From contig VMFR01000001.1 in assembly GCA_007376135.1 (NCBI GenBank), positions 379,016 through 443,015 of the forward strand: a stretch of DNA of 64,000 bases. The letters run 5' to 3'. The notes under the pieces were generated by a model. That model did no database searches and was not told where the DNA came from. It was given only the letters and a program-made list of their open reading frames with translations. Positions 59,053 to 64,000 of this stretch are shown in pieces (positions within the stretch are counted from its first letter, which is position 1; the number at the start of each line of letters is the position of its first letter). The stretch comes from Parcubacteria group bacterium Gr01-1014_31. GTDB lineage: Bacteria > Patescibacteriota > Patescibacteriia > Buchananbacterales > GWA2-38-13. Both the position numbers and the translations under genes were made by a program.

Positions 59053-60843
59053 ATGCGCGTTGCCGACTACATCGTCAAATTCCTGGAAGACCAGGGGGTC
59101 CGCACGATCTTCATGATCGCCGGCGGGCAGGCAATGTGGCTCAACGACGCGCTGCAGCGCAGCGGAATCTCCCCCGTCTGCACCCACCACGAACAAGCCG
59201 CGGCCATGGCCGCGGAAGCGTACGGCCGCATCTCCGGAAAACTCGGCGTCTGCATGGTCACCGCCGGCCCGGCCGGCGTCAACGCGCTCAACGGCGTGGT
59301 CGGCGCCTACGTGGATTCGTCGCCAATGCTGGTCATCTCGGGCCAGTCGGCGCTGCCGAACGTCGAGTACATGAAACAGAGCGGCATCCGCCAGTACGGC
59401 CTGCAAGGCATCTTGCTCGAACCGATGATCAAGCCCGTGACCAAATACTTCGTCACGGTGGACGACGCGGCGTCGATCGCCTACTACCTGGAGAAAGCGG
59501 TCTGGGAGGCGACCACCGGACGACCCGGCCCGGCCTGGATAGAAGTGCCGCTGGACGTGCAGCGCATGGAGGTGCCGGAAAAATTGCTGCGCCACTTTAC
59601 CCCGCCCCAGCTCCCCGCACCCGCGGCGCAGTTATTCGAGCACGCGGCCGCGACCGCGGCGCTGGTGAGCAAGAGCAAACGCCCGTTGCTGCTCGTCGGC
59701 CAGGGGGTGCGCATCGCCAAGGCGCAGGCGGCGGTCGCCAAACTTTTGGCGCGCGCGCCCATGCCGGTCGCCACCACCCGATTGGCCATTGACGTCGTGG
59801 ACAGCGGTAATCCCCTGTTTGCCGGCCGCCCGGGATTGTACGGCGACCGCTCGGCCAATTTCGCGGTGCAGACCGCCGACGTCATCGTGGCAATCGGCGC
59901 GCGGCTGGATCCGGGGATCGTCGGCTACGACGCCAAAGACTGGGGTCGGCGTGCCCAAAAGGTCATCGTGGACCTCGACGACAAGGAGCTACACAAGCCA
60001 GGCCTTGAGCGCGCCACCCGCTACCGCCATGACGCGCGCGCGTTCCTGGAGGCTTTGGAGGGGGCGCTGGCCACGACCGCCTGGCCCGACCGGCAGCGCT
60101 GGATCACCCGCTGCCAAACGTGGCGGCGCGACTATCCCACCGTCAGTCCCGCCTATCAAAAAGAAACCCCGGTGAATTCCTACTATCTTGCCGAACGCCT
60201 GTCCCACGCGGCCGACGTTGGTGACGTCGTCGTGGTCGACACCAGTTCTCCGTTCCACGTCGTCTGCCAAGCCTGGCATCTAAAACTCGGCCAGCGCTTC
60301 CTTACCACCGGCGGCATCTCCACCATGGGCTACTGGGCGGCGGGCATCGGCGCGTGCCTCGGCGACGGCAAACGGCGCACCATCATCGTCACGGGCGACG
60401 GCTGCCTGCAGATGAACCTCCAGGAACTGGCGACCATCAAGCACCATCAGCTCCCCATTAAACTGTTCGTCATCAACAATAACGGTTACCTGCTCATCCG
60501 CCACACGCAGAAAACCCACATGGAAGGCCGCATGATCGGGGAGAGCCCGGCCTCGGGCCTGTGGTGCCCCGACAGCACCAAGATCGCGGGGGCCTACGGC
60601 ATACCGGCGGTACGGATTGCCTCGCCCGAGGGCATTGACGACAAGATCCGGCAAGTGCTGAACACCGACGGACCGGTCATCTGCGACGTCCTCTCCCCCG
60701 AATGGCAAATGATCGTACCCCGCGTCGCGTCCGAAAAGCGGCCGGACGGCTCGATGGTATCGCGGCCGTACGAAGACCTCTTCCCATTCCTTCCCCCCGA
60801 CGAACTGCGGCGCACGCTCGCCGTGGATGACCCCGCGCAGTAA
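59053..60843 (+). CDS. Thiamine-diphosphate-dependent enzyme, acetolactate-synthase large-subunit family (YerE-like candidate for 2-carbon branch attachment)
   Basis: N-terminal Pyr domain TIFMIAGGQAMWLNDAL...HHEQAAAMAAEAYGRISGKLGVCMVTAGPAGVNALNGVVGAY; C-terminal ThDP-binding GDGCLQMNLQELATI...FVINNNGY. Confidence 0.75.
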   Translation: MRVADYIVKFLEDQGVRTIFMIAGGQAMWLNDALQRSGISPVCTHHEQAAAMAAEAYGRISGKLGVCMVTAGPAGVNALNGVVGAYVDSSPMLVISGQSALPNVEYMKQSGIRQYGLQGILLEPMIKPVTKYFVTVDDAASIAYYLEKAVWEATTGRPGPAWIEVPLDVQRMEVPEKLLRHFTPPQLPAPAAQLFEHAAATAALVSKSKRPLLLVGQGVRIAKAQAAVAKLLARAPMPVATTRLAIDVVDSGNPLFAGRPGLYGDRSANFAVQTADVIVAIGARLDPGIVGYDAKDWGRRAQKVIVDLDDKELHKPGLERATRYRHDARAFLEALEGALATTAWPDRQRWITRCQTWRRDYPTVSPAYQKETPVNSYYLAERLSHAADVGDVVVVDTSSPFHVVCQAWHLKLGQRFLTTGGISTMGYWAAGIGACLGDGKRRTIIVTGDGCLQMNLQELATIKHHQLPIKLFVINNNGYLLIRHTQKTHMEGRMIGESPASGLWCPDSTKIAGAYGIPAVRIASPEGIDDKIRQVLNTDGPVICDVLSPEWQMIVPRVASEKRPDGSMVSRPYEDLFPFLPPDELRRTLAVDDPAQ

Positions 60844-60849
60844 TTCTCT

Positions 60850-61971
60850 ATGCCGCTCAAACCCTCAAAGAAAAAGATCGCGTTTGCCGGCTCCTCCATG
60901 ACCCAAAAAGAGGTCGACTACGTCGTCGACGCGGTCAAGCACGGCTGGTACGACACTTTTGACAAGGATACCAAACTGTTCGAACAAGGAATTGCCGCCT
61001 ATACCGGACGCGCCTACGCGCTGGCCGGTTTTTGCTGCACCCATTCCATGCACCTGGGGTGTCTGGTCTCGGGCTTCGGACCCGGGGACGAGGTCATCTG
61101 CACCGATTTTTCCTGGGCGGCCACCGCGCACGTCATTGCCTACACGGGGGCCACTCCCGTGTTCGTGGACATCGACCCCGATACCTGGTGCATCGACCCC
61201 AAAGCGATCGCCGATGCCATCACGCCAAAGACCAAGGGCATCATGCTGGTGCACAGCTTCGGCCAGCCGGCGGATATGGATGCTATCATGCGAATCGCGC
61301 GCGAGCACAACCTGCGTGTGGTGGAGGATGCCGCGCCGTCACTCGGCTCGATGTACCACGGGAAAAGCGTCGGCAGCTTCGGCGACGTCGGATGTTTTTC
61401 CTTCCATGGCGCCAAGATCGCGGTCAGCGGCGAAGGCGGGGTATTTCTGACCGACCGCAAGGAGATGTACGACCAGGCGGTGTTACAATCCAACATGGGA
61501 CGCACGAACCGTTTGGCGAACTTCTGGTGCGATTCCATGGGCTACGAATACCAAATGGCCAATGTCGTCGCGGCCCTGTGTCGCGCCCAGGTAGAACGCA
61601 TCGAAGAATTGGTTGCCATGAAACGCCGGATCTTTGACTGGTACTGGGAACGGCTCAAGAACGTGCCGGAGCTCAAACTCCTGCGCGAAAAACCCGATAC
61701 CCGCTGCAATTACGCCTACCCGGCGGTGCTGCTGCAGACCGACGAGATCAGCCGCAACGACCTTGTTTCCCAGTTAAAAACTCTCAACATCCACGCCCGC
61801 GCGGCCTTTCCGCGTATGAGCAAATTCCCGATGTACCAGGCGCGCTTCAAAAATCCGGTCGCCAGCCTCGTGGAAACCCATGGCTTTAATCTGCCGTCCG
61901 CGCTTAATATCACGGAAGCGGACGCGGACTTCGTATGCACCGCCGTCAAACACCTGCTGGGCCGCAGCTAA
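60850..61971 (+). CDS. DegT/DnrJ/EryC1/StrS-family PLP-dependent sugar aminotransferase
   Basis: DVGCFSFHGAKIAVSGEGG (catalytic Lys present, unlike rfbH), DEVICTDFSWAATAHVIAY, RVVEDAAPSLGS. Confidence 0.85.
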   Translation: MPLKPSKKKIAFAGSSMTQKEVDYVVDAVKHGWYDTFDKDTKLFEQGIAAYTGRAYALAGFCCTHSMHLGCLVSGFGPGDEVICTDFSWAATAHVIAYTGATPVFVDIDPDTWCIDPKAIADAITPKTKGIMLVHSFGQPADMDAIMRIAREHNLRVVEDAAPSLGSMYHGKSVGSFGDVGCFSFHGAKIAVSGEGGVFLTDRKEMYDQAVLQSNMGRTNRLANFWCDSMGYEYQMANVVAALCRAQVERIEELVAMKRRIFDWYWERLKNVPELKLLREKPDTRCNYAYPAVLLQTDEISRNDLVSQLKTLNIHARAAFPRMSKFPMYQARFKNPVASLVETHGFNLPSALNITEADADFVCTAVKHLLGRS

Positions 61972-63152
61972 AAAAAATCGGCTCGCCGATATCCTGCCTG
62001 CGGCCGCTGCCGGAGGACGAGATCTTCGGTCTCCAACGGGCCTTTGCCGCCGACCCGCGACCGGAAAAACTGAACGGCGCCATTGGCGTATACACCGACG
62101 AGACCGGCAAACCCTTCGTCCTGCCGGTCGTTCGTCAGGCGTTCGAGCATTTACAGGCGTCCAATTTCAACTACCTGCCCATTAGCGGCGACCCGCGATT
62201 CTTGGAACTGACCGCAAAGCTGGTATTCGGCGAGCAGCGGTACGCCACCCTCGCGCCAACCTTGGCGGCCCAAGGCGTTTCCGGCGGCACCAACGCGCTG
62301 TCGCTGTTCGGGAGTCTGGCAAAAGCCGCCGACCGGCGGCCGACCCTGATCATCGGCGAACCGACCTGGGAAAACCACAAAAAGATCTTCGACCACCTGG
62401 GCTTTGCCTGGAAAATATTTCCGCACCTGACCGCGGCGTACACCTTCAACCTGACGGCAGCCCTCGCGGCGCTCAAAACGCGGCGGCCGTCATGGGTGCT
62501 GCTGCACGGCGGAGCAACGCACAACCCGACCGGCGTGAACCCGGCCCAACAGGAATGGCAGATCCTTGCCCGCACCATGGCCGAGTATGGCCACACGGCC
62601 TGCGTGGACCACGCCTATACGGGTTTGGGCGACGGACTGATTGAGGACTCCGCGCCCATTCACCAGTTGATTGCCGCCGGCGTGCCCACGTTCATCGCCG
62701 TCTCTTTTTCAAAAAATATGACTCTCTACCAGCACCGCGCCGGTGCGCTGCTGTATGCGGGTAAAACCGCCAAGGAAAAAACCGCCGTTGCCAGCCATCT
62801 GGAGCACCTGTTCCGGGCAACGAACTCCAACCCGCCGGCGGCCGGCGAACTGGTGGTCGGCAAGATCCTCTCCGAACCGCAGCTCCGGCGGCAGTGGGAG
62901 GGAGAACTGGCCGCAATGCGCTCCAGCATCAATGAACGGCGCGCGCAGTTCATAAAACTCGCCGGCGCACCCTACGGCTACCTGGCGCGATGCCGCGGGC
63001 TGTTCTCCCTACTGCAGCTTGGAATCAAGCGCATCCGAGCACTGCGGGAACAGCAGGGCATTTACCTGCTGTCCAGCGGCCGCGTGAACTGGGGCGGCAT
63101 CGCCAGTGCCGACCTGCCGCGACTGGCCGAGGTCGTCCGTACCGCCGATTGA
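61935..63152 (+). CDS. Class I aminotransferase, AspC/TyrB-like
   Basis: Collinear with E. coli AspC: LNGAIGVYTDETGKPFVLPVV, HGGATHNPTGVNP, SFSKNMTLYQHRAGAL, NSNPPAAG, SGRVNWGG. Only ATG is at 61935, overlapping the DegT gene by 37 nt; start uncertain. Confidence 0.75.
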   Translation: MHRRQTPAGPQLKKIGSPISCLRPLPEDEIFGLQRAFAADPRPEKLNGAIGVYTDETGKPFVLPVVRQAFEHLQASNFNYLPISGDPRFLELTAKLVFGEQRYATLAPTLAAQGVSGGTNALSLFGSLAKAADRRPTLIIGEPTWENHKKIFDHLGFAWKIFPHLTAAYTFNLTAALAALKTRRPSWVLLHGGATHNPTGVNPAQQEWQILARTMAEYGHTACVDHAYTGLGDGLIEDSAPIHQLIAAGVPTFIAVSFSKNMTLYQHRAGALLYAGKTAKEKTAVASHLEHLFRATNSNPPAAGELVVGKILSEPQLRRQWEGELAAMRSSINERRAQFIKLAGAPYGYLARCRGLFSLLQLGIKRIRALREQQGIYLLSSGRVNWGGIASADLPRLAEVVRTAD

Positions 63153-63316
63153 TCTGCCTGCCGGTTCCGGAGAGTATTGCCCGAAGAGCGTTGACCGGAA
63201 GAACCTCCCGGTTGACCCATTGACTGACCAATAGTGTTCCACTGTCCGTTGAAAATTAAGCGTCCGTTTCCATATTGCACATTCTACAGCGGTGATCATT
63301 CACCAAGGAGTCAAAC

Positions 63317-64000
63317 GTGCCCCAGAACAAAGTAGTGTTGTCCCCCCGTACGCCGCAGTCCCTGCGAAAGGTCGTGGTCATCCTCATCAAACCGACGAGC
63401 TACGATGATGAGGGCTTCCCGCTCCGCTTCCTGCGCGGCGTGCTGCCATCCAACGGCCTGGCTGCCATGTACGCCCTGACAAAACAAGCCCTGTCGCAAG
63501 TGGTACCTGCGGGCGTGACGACCGAAGTCTACATGCTCGAAGACGGCATCCGCCGCCACGCCAAGACGCTTACCCGTCTGTACCGGCGGTTCCCTGAAAC
63601 GGGGGCCAAGCTGATCGTGGGGCTCGCCACGGTACAAACGGCGCAATTCCCCCGCGCCTGCGACCTCATTGACCGCTGGCAGGCGGTGGGCGCAACGTGC
63701 GTCATCGGCGGCTTCCATGTGTCCGGCTCCATTTCCGTCATGACCGACGGCGTCAGCGACCCGCGGCGACCGGGTATCCCCTGTCCGCACCGCATGCCCG
63801 CCGAAATTCAGGCGCTCATGGATCGAGGGGTGGTCGTTTTCCACGGCGAGGCCGAGGAGAAATGGCCGACGGTGCTGGGCGACATCCTGCGGAACGACCC
63901 ACAACCGCTCTACCGCGGCGGGCTACCCGACCTCCGTCAGGCGCCGCTGCCCGAGTACACACCGGACTACTTCCGTAGTAGCTTCGCGACCGCCATCGGC
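63317..64000 (+). CDS. B12-binding-domain radical-SAM-type protein (partial; N-terminal cobalamin-binding domain only, runs off window end)
   Basis: GTG start 6 nt after AAGGAG. VVVILIKPTSYDDEGFPLRF...GLAAMYAL...IVGLATVQTAQFPRACDLIDRWQAVGATCVIGGFHVS...VVVFHGEAEEKWPTVL matches the class-B rSAM B12-binding domain pattern; CxxxCxxC would lie beyond the window. Confidence 0.4.
   Translation, partial: MPQNKVVLSPRTPQSLRKVVVILIKPTSYDDEGFPLRFLRGVLPSNGLAAMYALTKQALSQVVPAGVTTEVYMLEDGIRRHAKTLTRLYRRFPETGAKLIVGLATVQTAQFPRACDLIDRWQAVGATCVIGGFHVSGSISVMTDGVSDPRRPGIPCPHRMPAEIQALMDRGVVVFHGEAEEKWPTVLGDILRNDPQPLYRGGLPDLRQAPLPEYTPDYFRSSFATAIG

Overview
High-GC bacterial chromosomal segment (roughly two-thirds G+C by eye; long spurious antisense ORFs on both strands are consistent with this). 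Almost the whole window is one very large cell-envelope glycan/glycoconjugate biosynthesis locus. Nucleotide-sugar pathways recognisable by homology:
- UDP-xylose: TviB/Ugd-like dehydrogenase plus UXS-type UDP-glucuronate decarboxylase.
- GDP-L-fucose: gmd and fcl.
- CDP-3,6-dideoxyhexose core: rfbF/ddhA, rfbG/ddhB, rfbH/ddhC. No E3 reductase (ddhD/ascD) is visible.
- An asparagine-synthetase-family amidotransferase, a YihX-like HAD phosphatase and tandem Gmm-like Nudix hydrolases.
Glycan assembly genes: a WbaP-type priming phosphoglycosyltransferase, seven GT4 and at least six GT2 glycosyltransferases (three of them GtrB/ArnC-like polyprenyl-phosphate sugar synthases), a GtrA-family protein, three polytopic GT-C (ArnT/PMT-like) enzymes, an O-antigen-ligase-domain protein fused to TPR repeats, and a methyltransferase-GT2 fusion.
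Interleaved with these are an S8 subtilase fused to FG-GAP repeats, a 700-aa secreted Pro-rich/Cys-rich/coiled-coil protein, a 1269-aa Ser/Thr-rich surface protein, and an ECF sigma/anti-sigma pair with a candidate autoregulatory promoter.
The 3' third holds an AT-rich island with an excisionase-family HTH gene and a palindromic operator, a five-gene operon of uncharacterised proteins led by a Nudix hydrolase, rarA, uppS, an Amidase_2 gene, and tRNA-Pro(CGG) flanked by partial tRNA copies. Directly after the tRNA sits a DmpF/DmpG-like acylating acetaldehyde dehydrogenase + aldolase pair, an acetolactate-synthase-like ThDP enzyme (YerE-like candidate), a DegT aminotransferase, an AspC-like aminotransferase and the start of a B12-binding radical-SAM protein.
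Most novel candidates: (i) a periplasmic Gtr/PMT-type glycosylation system apparently aimed at the giant surface protein; (ii) an unusual CDP-dideoxyhexose pathway variant with a class-I aminotransferase and a WecD-like GNAT but no E3 reductase; (iii) the tRNA-adjacent branched-chain/amino/C-methyl sugar tailoring gene set.
No CRISPR array, rRNA, transposase or integrase was seen.
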